Made by a program: the position numbers and the translations under genes
Shown here: positions 10,959-19,929 of the stretch, one piece after another
Layout of the letters: each line of letters begins with the position of its first letter
How positions within the stretch are numbered: position 1 is the first letter of the stretch
Notes under the pieces: generated by a model
Told to the model about the DNA's origin: nothing
Databases searched by the model: none
The model's input: only the letters and a program-made list of their open reading frames with translations
Assembly: GCA_963782055.1 (NCBI GenBank)
Contig: CAWAIF010000003.1
Span: 6,528,001-6,592,000, forward strand
From: an uncultured delta proteobacterium
GTDB lineage: Bacteria > Myxococcota_A > Polyangia > Polyangiales > Polyangiaceae
Direction of reading: 5' to 3'
Length of the DNA stretch: 64,000 nt

Positions 10959-11792
10959 ATGCGACCCGACGCGCTGGAGCGGCGCGACCCCGAGTTCATC
11001 CGCGAGGTTCTCCCCGCCTTCCTCTTCCTCGCGCGGCGCTACCACCACACCACCATCACCGGCCTGAAGAACGTCCCCGACGGCCCGGCGCTGATGGTCG
11101 GCAACCACAACGGCGGGTACCTGGTGCCGGACATGTTCGCGTTCATGGCGGAGTACTGGGACCGCTTCGGCGTGCAGTCCCCGTCCTACGGCCTGATGCA
11201 CGACTTTCTCTTCGGGGTCCCCGCCCTGGGCACGCTGATGGCGAAGGTCGGCGCGGTGCCAGCCGACCCGCAGAACGCGGCGACGCTGCTGGGCCGTGGC
11301 GCGCGCGTGCTCGTCTACCCGGGTGGCGACATCGACGCGTACAAGCCGTACGCGCGCCGGCACGAGGTGGTGTTCGGCGAGCGCACCGGCTTCGTGCGGG
11401 TGGCGCTGCGCGCCGGCGTGCCGATCGTTCCGCTGGTCTCCTGCGGCGCCCACGAGGCGCTGCACGTCTTCACCGATGGGCGCGCGCTCGCCCGGCGTAC
11501 GCACTTCAAGCGCGTGATGCGGGTGGAGGTGCTGCCGGTCGCCTTCTCCCTGCCCTTCGGGCTCAGCTTCGGGCCGGCCTTCCTCTACCTGCCCGCGCCG
11601 GTGCGCATGAAGCTGAGGGTGCTCCCGCCCATCCACTTCGATGGGCTCGGGCCCGAGGACGCGAAGGACCCCGCGGTGCTGCGCCGCTGCCAGGAGCAGG
11701 TGCGCGGCGTGATGCAGCGCGCCCTCGACGAGATGGTCGCGGAGGGCGGCTGCGGACGCCGCAAGCTCACCGACGTGCTGCGGGGGCGCTGA
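10959..11792 (+). CDS. Lysophospholipid/glycerol acyltransferase family protein
   Basis: LMVGNHNGG, VLVYPGG, GFVRVALRAGVPIVP motifs. Confidence 0.88.
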   Translation: MRPDALERRDPEFIREVLPAFLFLARRYHHTTITGLKNVPDGPALMVGNHNGGYLVPDMFAFMAEYWDRFGVQSPSYGLMHDFLFGVPALGTLMAKVGAVPADPQNAATLLGRGARVLVYPGGDIDAYKPYARRHEVVFGERTGFVRVALRAGVPIVPLVSCGAHEALHVFTDGRALARRTHFKRVMRVEVLPVAFSLPFGLSFGPAFLYLPAPVRMKLRVLPPIHFDGLGPEDAKDPAVLRRCQEQVRGVMQRALDEMVAEGGCGRRKLTDVLRGR

Positions 11793-11795
11793 CGA

Positions 11796-13271
11796 TCAGC
11801 GGCGGCGACGGCGGCGCGCGGCGCCCGCGAGGGCCAGGCCGAGCAGGCCGATGACCGAGACGCCGAGCGAGCCGCGCGTGCCGGAGGTGTCGCAGCCGTC
11901 GCCGGACTTGGCGCCCGGCGTGGAGCCCGGCGCGTACGGCGTGGTCTGCCCGCCCGGGCACGGGTTGTAGCTCGGGTCGGTGAAGTCCTTGGTCTGGATC
12001 TGGTTGGAGACGACGGCCTGCGTCGGCTCGGCGCCGACGACCAGATCCGTACCGAGCGCGGTCGCTGGCAGGTTGGTGCGCAGGCGGGTGATGGTGATGT
12101 CGGAGGGGTTCATCCCGGCGGTGGCGCGGTCGAAGTCGTCGAAGACGTCGCACGCGGGGACCTGCACGGTGCAGTTGCCGGCGTCGGGCGGGCCGCCCGC
12201 GTCGAGCACGCCGCCGTCGTCGCCCGCGTCGGGGGAGCCGGCGTCCGGCGTGCCGGCGTCGGGCACGTCGCACGGCACGTCCACCGGCGGCGCGATCTGG
12301 CAGGCGTTCTGGTAGACGTTCTCGGCGACGGGCACCGCGCCCTTGCCGGCGTACTCGGTGACCCACACACCCTTCGGGTCGCCGTCGGTCGTCTGCGCGA
12401 ACAGGGTGGTGTAGTTGGAGCGCTGCGCGTTGCCGTCCCACTTCACGTTCGCCGGATCGATCACCGCGTTGTCGAAGGTGGTGGCCTGATAGCGCCCCTC
12501 GCTGATGACGAAGAGCTCGATGCCCACGCTCTGGCCCACGCCCGCCGCCACCATGCGCAGCGGCAGCGTGCCGTCGGCGCCGGGAGAGACGACCCGGAGC
12601 GGCTGCATCGCCCGAACGCCCTGGTTGGGGCGCAGGCGCACCGCGACGAAGTCGAACTTCAGGTTGTTGTAGTAGTCCAGCACCGGGGTGATGGACGACG
12701 GGATGGCGAAGTTGTGCTGCTGCAGCCAGTCGGTGATGGCCTGGCCCTGCGACGCGCGCAGGATGACCGCCTCGTACGGGCCGACGACGTTGTCGCTGAC
12801 GACCTGCACGCCCGCGTCGTAGGCCGCCCCTGCGTCCGCGCCGCGGTAGGTGCCGCCGGCGTTGGGCGTCTGCAGCGAGCTGTCCGCCGCGGCGCCGCAC
12901 CCGAACCCGCCGCCACCCCCTGACCCTTGCGGGTAGTAGCAGGTGACCTGCGGCGGGGAGATGGTCGGGGCGGTGGCGTTCTCCAGCGCGGTGAGGAACT
13001 CGTCTCGGGCGAGCTCGATCACCGTGCCGGCGCGGACGGGCAGCACCCAAGCGAACTCGGTCGGGTTGCCGGAGTAGCGCACCTGGTCCCACAGGATGGT
13101 CTGCGTCTGCGAGACGGAGAAGGCCATCCGGTGGTCGGTGATGACGCTGGGGGTCTCGTTGGGAACCTGCTCGTGAAAGCAGCCGCCGCAGGCGCGCGCC
13201 GGCGCCTCGTGCCAGACGGCGCAAGCCGCCATCGCCACCAGACCCAGTCCAACCTTCGAAAACGCGCGCAT
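11796..13271 (-). CDS. DUF2330-family exported protein with MYXO-CTERM-like tail (copy 1)
   Basis: Signal peptide + ACGGCF, FAWVLPV, VGPYEAVIL, LPLRMVAAG; C-terminal GC...TM helix...RRRRRR. Confidence 0.85.
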   Translation of the reverse strand: MRAFSKVGLGLVAMAACAVWHEAPARACGGCFHEQVPNETPSVITDHRMAFSVSQTQTILWDQVRYSGNPTEFAWVLPVRAGTVIELARDEFLTALENATAPTISPPQVTCYYPQGSGGGGGFGCGAAADSSLQTPNAGGTYRGADAGAAYDAGVQVVSDNVVGPYEAVILRASQGQAITDWLQQHNFAIPSSITPVLDYYNNLKFDFVAVRLRPNQGVRAMQPLRVVSPGADGTLPLRMVAAGVGQSVGIELFVISEGRYQATTFDNAVIDPANVKWDGNAQRSNYTTLFAQTTDGDPKGVWVTEYAGKGAVPVAENVYQNACQIAPPVDVPCDVPDAGTPDAGSPDAGDDGGVLDAGGPPDAGNCTVQVPACDVFDDFDRATAGMNPSDITITRLRTNLPATALGTDLVVGAEPTQAVVSNQIQTKDFTDPSYNPCPGGQTTPYAPGSTPGAKSGDGCDTSGTRGSLGVSVIGLLGLALAGAARRRRRR

Positions 13272-14410
13272 CGAGGCCTCCCTACGTGCCAGCCCGCGCC
13301 GACCATGACGCGGATGTCACACCCGGACCAGGCTCCTGCCACCGGCTGGCGGGGGATCCTGGTCGCTGGGGTTTCTATCGCAAGGGGGATGCCATCGACG
13401 CGTCACCGCCGGCGGCGGCGGATGGCGCCCGCGAGGGCCAGGCCGAGCAGGCCGATGACCGAGACGCCGAGCGAGCCGCGCGTGCCGGAGGTGTCGCAGC
13501 CGTCGCCGGACTTGGCGCCCGGCGTGGAGCCCGGCGCGTACGGCGTGGTCTGCCCGCCCGGGCACGGGTTGTAGCTCGGGTCGGTGAAGTCCTTGGTCTG
13601 GATCTGGTTGGAGACGACGGCCTGCGTCGGCTCGGCGCCGACGACCAGATCCGTACCGAGCGCGGTCACCGGCAGGTTGGTGCGCAGGCGGGTGATGGTG
13701 ATGTCGGAGGGGTTCATCCCTGCGGTGGCGCGGTCGAAGTCGTCGAAGACGTCGCACGCGGGGACCGTCACGGTGCAGTTGCCGGCGTCGGGCGGGCCGC
13801 CCGCGTCGAGCACGCCGCCGTCGTCGCCCGCGTCGGGGGAGCCGGCGTCCGGCGTGCCGGCGTCGGGCACGTCGCACGGCACGTCCACCGGCGGCGCGAT
13901 CTGGCAGGCGTTCTGGTAGACGTTCTCGGCGACGGGCACCGCGCCCTTGCCGGCGTACTCGGTGACCCACACACCCTTCGGGTCGCCGTCGGTCGTCTGC
14001 GCGAACAGGGTGGTGTAGTTGGAGCGCTGCGCGTTGCCGTCCCACTTCACGTTCGCCGGATCGATCACCGCGTTGTCGAAGGTGGTGGCCTGGTAGCGCC
14101 CCTCGCTGATGACGAAGAGCTCGATGCCCACGCTCTGGCCCACGCCCGCCGCCACCATGCGCAGCGGCAGCGTGCCGTCGGCGCCGGGAGAGACGACCCG
14201 GAGCGGCTGCATCGCCCGCACGCCCTGGTTGGGGCGCAGGCGCACCGCGACGAAGTCGAACTTCAGGTTGTTGTAGTAGTCCAGCACCGGCGTGATGGAC
14301 GACGGGATGGCGAAGTTGTGCTGCTGCAGCCAGTCGGTGATCGCCTGGCCCTGCGACGCGCGAAGGATGACGGCCTCGTAGGGGCCGACGACGTTGTCGC
14401 TGACGACCTG
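11821..14410. repeat. Tandem gene duplication; near-identical ~1 kb blocks at ~11821-12810 and ~13425-14410 (offset 1604)
   Basis: Direct comparison by eye: long identical runs with scattered substitutions. Confidence 0.95.
13380..13394 (-). promoter_or_regulatory. Putative sigma54 (-24/-12) promoter for DUF2330 copy 1
   Basis: Minus strand TGGCATCCCCCTTGC: GG-N10-GC, in the intergenic gap ~110 nt upstream of the ATG. Confidence 0.6.
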
Positions 14411-14878
14411 TACTCCGGCGTCCTTGGAGATCCCTGCGCCGGCGTCCCGCGCGGAGGTCGGGGCGGTCCCGCCGAAGTCGGCGGTGTTGGACGACGCGCC
14501 GCAGCCGAAGCCGCCGCCGCCGCCGGCGGAGCCGGGCGGGTAGTAGCAGGTGACCTGCGGCGGGGCGATCGTCGGCGCGGTCGCGTTCTCCAGCGCGGTG
14601 AGGAACTCGTCGCGCGCCAGCTCGACGACGGTGCCGGCTCGGACCGGCAGCACCCACGCGAACTCGGCGGGATCGCCGGAGTAGCGCACCTGATCCCAGA
14701 GGATCGTCTGCGTCTGCGAGACGGAGAAGGCCATGCGGTGATCGGTGATGACGGTGGGCGTCTCGTTCGGGTTCTGCTCGTGGAAGCACCCACCGCAGGC
14801 GCGCGCCGGCGCCTGGTGCCACACGGCGCACGCCGCGAGTGTCGCCACGGCCACTCCCACCTTCGAGAAACTACGCAT
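13403..14878 (-). CDS. DUF2330-family exported protein with MYXO-CTERM-like tail (copy 2)
   Basis: Paralog of 11796..13271; ATG at 14878 with GGAGG upstream; 491 aa like copy 1. Confidence 0.85.
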   Translation of the reverse strand: MRSFSKVGVAVATLAACAVWHQAPARACGGCFHEQNPNETPTVITDHRMAFSVSQTQTILWDQVRYSGDPAEFAWVLPVRAGTVVELARDEFLTALENATAPTIAPPQVTCYYPPGSAGGGGGFGCGASSNTADFGGTAPTSARDAGAGISKDAGVQVVSDNVVGPYEAVILRASQGQAITDWLQQHNFAIPSSITPVLDYYNNLKFDFVAVRLRPNQGVRAMQPLRVVSPGADGTLPLRMVAAGVGQSVGIELFVISEGRYQATTFDNAVIDPANVKWDGNAQRSNYTTLFAQTTDGDPKGVWVTEYAGKGAVPVAENVYQNACQIAPPVDVPCDVPDAGTPDAGSPDAGDDGGVLDAGGPPDAGNCTVTVPACDVFDDFDRATAGMNPSDITITRLRTNLPVTALGTDLVVGAEPTQAVVSNQIQTKDFTDPSYNPCPGGQTTPYAPGSTPGAKSGDGCDTSGTRGSLGVSVIGLLGLALAGAIRRRRR

Positions 14879-14994
14879 TCGAGGCCTCCGTCCTTGCGCG
14901 CGCCCCACGACGCGCACTCCCCACCTGATCCGCAATCATGCCACTTCGGGCGGCGACGATCCCGAGCAAAGTGATCGGCGGCGAACCGGCGAGC

Positions 14995-16077
14995 TCAGCC
15001 GCCCTTCTTGTGGGGCGGAGGCTTGAACAGACCCAGCTCGGTGCGGACCTCCAGGCCATTGCCGTACTGCCAGACCTTGAGGACCTTGCCGTCGCGGAGC
15101 TGGAACACCTGCGCGGTGTGGATGGCCACGTTCTTGCCGGTGGCGGGGAAGCCCTCCCAGCGGGCGCTCTGCTTGCCGGTGAGGGTCGTCTCGGCGATGA
15201 CCCAGCTCCCGAAGCCCCACGCCCCGGTGACGTTCACCTTCGGGCCGGTGAGCGCCTTCTGGAGGGTGTCGAACGCCTTCTTCATGTCGACGGTCCCCAG
15301 GTAGCTCTCCTGGCGGGTCACGTCGTCCCACACGATGGAGTTGTTCATCGCGCCGATGAAGTCGGCGTCGTTCTTCTTCTCCACCGAGCCCCAGAGCTTC
15401 TTCACCACCTCGACGTTCTTGTCCTCTTCGGGCGTACCCGCGCTCTGCACGGTGCGCATGGAGGCGGGGGCGAGCGGCGGGGGTCGGACCTTCTTCGTCT
15501 TGAGCGCGCCAATCTGCTCGAGCACGTTGGCCATGTCGAAGTAGCGGCGCTCCTTGGTGACCAGGCCGTCGTCGCCCACCTCGAGCACGCTGAGGCCGCG
15601 GACGCCGATCTGCTTGTCGGTGCGCTTGTGGCCCATGAACTCGCCCTGCTGCCGGGCGGAGAGCACCCACTCCAGCGCGGCGACCTTTCCCTTGGAGTAG
15701 AGGTGCGCGCCGGACATGCGCGTGTCGGGGAAGGAGGCGAGGAAGGCCTTCTGCTGCGCCACGATGGCGTCGTTGCCCTGGAGCATCGGCTGGCCGGGCA
15801 TGGAGAGCGTGGCGTCCTTCGCGTAGGCGGTGCCGTAGCGGGTGAGATCCTGCGTGTTGAAGCCGTCCAGGATGGCGTGGATGGCGTCGGTGGCGTCGGG
15901 CCCTGGCGGCGGCGTCTCCACGGCGGCGCTCGCGGAGGGGGCGGCCGACGCGCTGGGCGCAGGTGCCGTGGGCGGGGGAGGCGGTGCAGGTTTCGGCTGC
16001 TCCACCGGCTTCTCCGTCTCACCGCCACCACCGCAGGCCACCAGCAGGCCCAGAAGAACGAATGCCCTCCGCATCAC
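14995..16077 (-). CDS. Lipoprotein with two SnoaL-like/ester cyclase (NTF2-like) domains
   Basis: Lipobox LLVAC, Pro-rich linker, two repeats of F..FPD...G.F.G..PT.K...G; SD GGAGG. Confidence 0.8.
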   Translation of the reverse strand: MMRRAFVLLGLLVACGGGGETEKPVEQPKPAPPPPPTAPAPSASAAPSASAAVETPPPGPDATDAIHAILDGFNTQDLTRYGTAYAKDATLSMPGQPMLQGNDAIVAQQKAFLASFPDTRMSGAHLYSKGKVAALEWVLSARQQGEFMGHKRTDKQIGVRGLSVLEVGDDGLVTKERRYFDMANVLEQIGALKTKKVRPPPLAPASMRTVQSAGTPEEDKNVEVVKKLWGSVEKKNDADFIGAMNNSIVWDDVTRQESYLGTVDMKKAFDTLQKALTGPKVNVTGAWGFGSWVIAETTLTGKQSARWEGFPATGKNVAIHTAQVFQLRDGKVLKVWQYGNGLEVRTELGLFKPPPHKKGG

Positions 16078-16120
16078 AACACCTCCTGTCGGGGCGGATA
16101 CTACACCGTCGACAGGAGGG

Positions 16121-16264
16121 GCGGCACGCGCCGCCCCTCCCCGCCCAAGTGAATTGGGCAGGGCCCCTCCTCACGCGGGCCCTCCGCTACGCGTCGGGGC
16201 GTGGCTACCCGCACCAGGTTCCCAGACGGCTGCGGCACGCGCCGCCCCTCCCCGCCCAAGTGAA
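16121..16264. repeat. 33-bp exact direct repeat (16121-16153, 16232-16264) flanking a REP-like core
   Basis: GCGGCACGCGCCGCCCCTCCCCGCCCAAGTGAA twice; core 16172-16198 recurs at 59410-59436. Confidence 0.85.
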
Positions 16265-16286
16265 ATCCTCCGAGACTTCGAGGGCC

Positions 16287-17006
16287 TCAGGAGAAGACGT
16301 GCACGCCGGGGTGGACCTGGTAGGTGCCGATGGTGCTGCCCTCGCGCGCCGGCTGGCGGGAGCGGACGCTCACGATCTCCCAGTCGGGCAGGACCACGGC
16401 GGTCAGGGTGAGACCGAAGACGCACCCAGTGTCGATGCCCACCGCCCACTCGGAGACCAGCGGCCTGTCGACCACGGTGTGGCCGAAGATCAGGCGCTCC
16501 GGGCCGCGCCAGTGGTTCGTCCAGAAGGTGTGCGTCGCCGGCGCCCTGGAGGGCCAGTAGCTCTTGCGCTCCGGCGGGCGGATGCACTGCGCGTGCAGCA
16601 GGTGATACGGATCCTGCGAGGCGAGCGGAACGCCGGGCATCGCGCCGGCGTGGACGACGGCGGCGCCGTACTCCGGGAGCGGGACGAGCGCGGGCAACGT
16701 CTCGAACCAGGCGTAGTGCTCCGGACCGAGCGCCCGCCGGGTGCGCAGGTGATCCGGGGAGAGGTGCTGGTCCTCGCGGCGGCGGATCTGCAGGTGCTTC
16801 TCCTCGTGGTTGCCGAGGATGCATTCGTGGCGCATGGCGAGCTCGACGCACTCCCGCGACTTCGGGCCGCGGTCGACCAGATCGCCGGCGAAGATGACGC
16901 GGTCCGACGCCGTGACGGCGAGCCGGTCGAGCAGGTCGACTGCCTCGTCGTGGCAGCCGTGGAGATCGCCGACGACGATCGTTCGCCTGGGGTGCCGATT
17001 TTCCAT
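16287..17006 (-). CDS. Metallophosphoesterase (PPP/ApaH-like)
   Basis: GDLHG, GDLVDRGP, GNHE, VHAG, FGHT, IDTGC motifs. Confidence 0.92.
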   Translation of the reverse strand: MENRHPRRTIVVGDLHGCHDEAVDLLDRLAVTASDRVIFAGDLVDRGPKSRECVELAMRHECILGNHEEKHLQIRRREDQHLSPDHLRTRRALGPEHYAWFETLPALVPLPEYGAAVVHAGAMPGVPLASQDPYHLLHAQCIRPPERKSYWPSRAPATHTFWTNHWRGPERLIFGHTVVDRPLVSEWAVGIDTGCVFGLTLTAVVLPDWEIVSVRSRQPAREGSTIGTYQVHPGVHVFS

Positions 17007-17098
17007 GGTGCGAGGGACGCGGCGAGGCATCCGGCCCTGACAGGGTAGCGCGCGGCGTCGGCCTCGGCTTCCGGCGCCCGTTCCGCTAGGCTGCGGCC

Positions 17099-18109
17099 AT
17101 GAGCGACCCCACGCGGTTCTTCCTCCCGCTCGAGATCGTCGCCTCCGGCACGACCGACATCGGCACGGTGCGGCGGCACAACGAGGACGCGGTCCTGCTC
17201 CGGCCGGACCTGGACCTCTACATCCTGGCGGACGGCGCGGGCGGGCACAACGCGGGCAACGTGGCGAGCGCGCTGGCGACGACGGCGATCGCCAACTTCT
17301 TCGAGGCGACGAAGGTGGGCAAGGAGGAGGAGCCGGACCTGGACTCCTTCGGGCTGCCCATCGCCGCGCGCCGCCTCGCCGCGGCGCTGCAGCGCGCCAA
17401 CGAGGACATCCTGGAGATCGCCAAGACCTCCAACAAGCTCAACGGCATGGGCACGACGGCGGTGGCCATCTCCTGCTTCAAGAAGACGGGGGTGATGCAC
17501 GTCGCGCACGTGGGCGACAGCCGCTGCTACCGCTTCCGCGACGGGATCCTGGAGCAGCTCACCCACGACCACTCCCTCATCAACGACGCGCTGGAGATGC
17601 GACCCAACATCGACGACAAGGCGCTCGCCAAGCTGCCGCACAACGTGGTGACGCGCGCGCTCGGCATGGAGCCCAACGTGCGCGTCTCGGTGCGCAGCTA
17701 CCGGATGCTCGCGGGGGACAAGGTCCTGCTCTGCTCCGACGGCCTGTCCGACACGCTGGACGACGACCTCATCGGCGACATCATGGCGACCGACCGCACG
17801 CCGGACGAGACGGTGCGCGCCCTCATCGCCAGGGCGAACGACCTGGGCGCGCAGGACAACATCGGCGTCATCATCGCGCAGATCAAGCTGGCGCCGGACG
17901 CCGTCGCGGTGCCGACGGTGCCGCGCTACACGCCGCGGCGCCCCGCGTCGGTGCCGCCGCCCAACGCCGGTGCGCGCAACGAGGACCCGGAGATCATCAT
18001 CCTGTCGGTGGAGCACGAGGGGGAGCCCCCGCAGTTCCACGTGGTGCCCGCCGAGAGCGCCGACGACGAGGTGATCGAGGCGCTGGAGGACTTCAGCAAG
18101 AACCGGTGA
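17099..18109 (+). CDS. PP2C-family Ser/Thr protein phosphatase
   Basis: RRHNEDA, LADGAGGH, GMGTT, HVGDSRCY, LLCSDGL, GAQDNI. Confidence 0.93.
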   Translation: MSDPTRFFLPLEIVASGTTDIGTVRRHNEDAVLLRPDLDLYILADGAGGHNAGNVASALATTAIANFFEATKVGKEEEPDLDSFGLPIAARRLAAALQRANEDILEIAKTSNKLNGMGTTAVAISCFKKTGVMHVAHVGDSRCYRFRDGILEQLTHDHSLINDALEMRPNIDDKALAKLPHNVVTRALGMEPNVRVSVRSYRMLAGDKVLLCSDGLSDTLDDDLIGDIMATDRTPDETVRALIARANDLGAQDNIGVIIAQIKLAPDAVAVPTVPRYTPRRPASVPPPNAGARNEDPEIIILSVEHEGEPPQFHVVPAESADDEVIEALEDFSKNR

Positions 18110-18152
18110 GGGGCGTCACCGGTGACGGATCACCGGGTGGGCCGCCCCCGCG

Positions 18153-19736
18153 TCAGGCCCGGGAGCGTGCCGCCGGCGGCGCCGGGAGCCGGGCCGCGAC
18201 GGCGCGCGCGAGGCGCTGGAGCGGCGAGCGCCTGCGCAGCGGCTTCACGGCGAAAGGCTCCAGGCCGCGCTCGACGAGCAGCGCGTTCGCGGCGCGGAGC
18301 CCGGTGACGACGGCCTTCTCCATGTCGTGGACGGCCTCGTCGGTCCGGATCCAGCTCCCGCACAGTACGAGGTTCGGGACGGCGGTTCGCATCCGCGGCT
18401 GGTAGCGCGCGTGGCCGACAGCCTGCTTGTCGAACGTCCGCTCGTTGGCGGCATGCTCGACGTGGACGACCGCGCCGGCCAGCTCGGGCCACGCGCGCAC
18501 GAGCTCCCGCTCGACGAGCCGTCGCACGACGTCGGGCGGCGCGGCCGCGAGCTCGCGCGACGCGAGATAGCTGTGGAGCTCGATCACCTCGCCGCCCGTG
18601 GCGGCGCGAAAGGCCATGAACTCGTCCTGGTAGTGCGACAGCACGAAGTAGGTGTCGAGCATGCGGAACTGCCCCGTGAAGATGCCCATCCACGGGTCGT
18701 CTGCGCGGATCTGGCGCGAGGTGATCACGCGGATCGCGACGCTGCCGACCGCGTCGAGGTTGGCGGCGGCGCGAACCTCGTCCACGTCCGCGAGCGCCGG
18801 CAGCAGCCACCGCTGGAAGCCGGGGATGTCGGTCGCGCCGACGACCGCGGCGCACGGCAGGCGCACGGGGTCGCTGAGCGTCTCGAGGTCGCCCGGACGC
18901 CGCTCGGTCGGCTGCAGCTCGACGGCGACAATCCTGCCGTCGCGACGCTCGATGCCGACGGCCGTCGCGTTGCGCAGGATGCGGCCGCCTCGCTCACGGA
19001 GCGCGGCGGCGAGGGGATCGATCAGGTTGGTGCCCAGGTTGCCGCGGAAGCACCACATCTTGTGGTCCTCCGGGTGCCCGATCATCGTCGTCTCCATCAT
19101 CGACAGCGCCCACGAGGCGCTGATCTCGGTGTGGGGGTGGAAGGTGCTCGCCTTGCACATGGCCTTGAACATCTGCTCCATCTGCGGTGGCAAGCCAATC
19201 CACGCGAACATCTCGTGAACGGACAGGTCGTCCCAGCGCTCGTAGGCGCGACCGTGCTCGAACGACCACGTCACGCAGAGCCGCGGGAGCGCGGCGACGA
19301 GGCGACGCGTGTCGGAAGCGGTCCAGCCCGGCATCCGCATGGCGGTCGTCATGTGCGCGAGGAAGTGCAGCAGCGAGGCCGGAGGCCTCGCCGGGTTGAC
19401 GTCGAACGGGACGAGCCGGTGGACGGTGGTGCCGTCATCCACGAGATAGCGCGTGCGATCGCAAGGTCGCACGTGCAGGTCGAGGACGCCGAGGCGGGCG
19501 AGGAGCGCCTTCATGTTCCAGTACTGCGACCACATGCAGTGCTGGCCGTGATCGAAGGAGTGCGTGTGGCGCGTGCCTCGCCACTCGAACGTGTACGGGG
19601 CTCGGGCTCGGGTCCGACCCCCGAGAAAGTCGGGATGTGCCTCGCAGAGCATCACGTCGACGCCGCGCTCCGCGAGATGGATGGCCGCTGTGAGGCCGGC
19701 GAGGCCGGCGCCGACCACGAGTACCTGGTCGCTCAT
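18153..19736 (-). CDS. FAD-dependent oxidoreductase, carotenoid desaturase/CrtU (isorenieratene synthase)-like
   Basis: VVGAGLAGLTAA Rossmann motif, LGGR, DHGQHCMWSQYWNM, TGGEVIELHSY, MEKAVVTGLRAAN. Confidence 0.8.
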   Translation of the reverse strand: MSDQVLVVGAGLAGLTAAIHLAERGVDVMLCEAHPDFLGGRTRARAPYTFEWRGTRHTHSFDHGQHCMWSQYWNMKALLARLGVLDLHVRPCDRTRYLVDDGTTVHRLVPFDVNPARPPASLLHFLAHMTTAMRMPGWTASDTRRLVAALPRLCVTWSFEHGRAYERWDDLSVHEMFAWIGLPPQMEQMFKAMCKASTFHPHTEISASWALSMMETTMIGHPEDHKMWCFRGNLGTNLIDPLAAALRERGGRILRNATAVGIERRDGRIVAVELQPTERRPGDLETLSDPVRLPCAAVVGATDIPGFQRWLLPALADVDEVRAAANLDAVGSVAIRVITSRQIRADDPWMGIFTGQFRMLDTYFVLSHYQDEFMAFRAATGGEVIELHSYLASRELAAAPPDVVRRLVERELVRAWPELAGAVVHVEHAANERTFDKQAVGHARYQPRMRTAVPNLVLCGSWIRTDEAVHDMEKAVVTGLRAANALLVERGLEPFAVKPLRRRSPLQRLARAVAARLPAPPAARSRA

Positions 19737-19929
19737 GGATGCTCCGTGTGCTTGCTGGCTGCCTGCTCCGGCGCACCCGGCCTGACAGAGGGGCGCGGGC
19801 GCACACACGCGGCGCATCCTAGGCGACGCCGTCGGCGTCCGTCCACGGCGCCGTTGCCGCTCGCAGCGGGGCGCGCGGGCCCATCGACGGGCGGTCCCAC
19901 GCGCCACGAGCAATCCGCAGCGGCTCGCT

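Noticed and set aside
16121..16264. Possible mini CRISPR array
   Set aside because: Only two repeats, 78-bp spacer that itself contains a genomic repeat, and no cas genes
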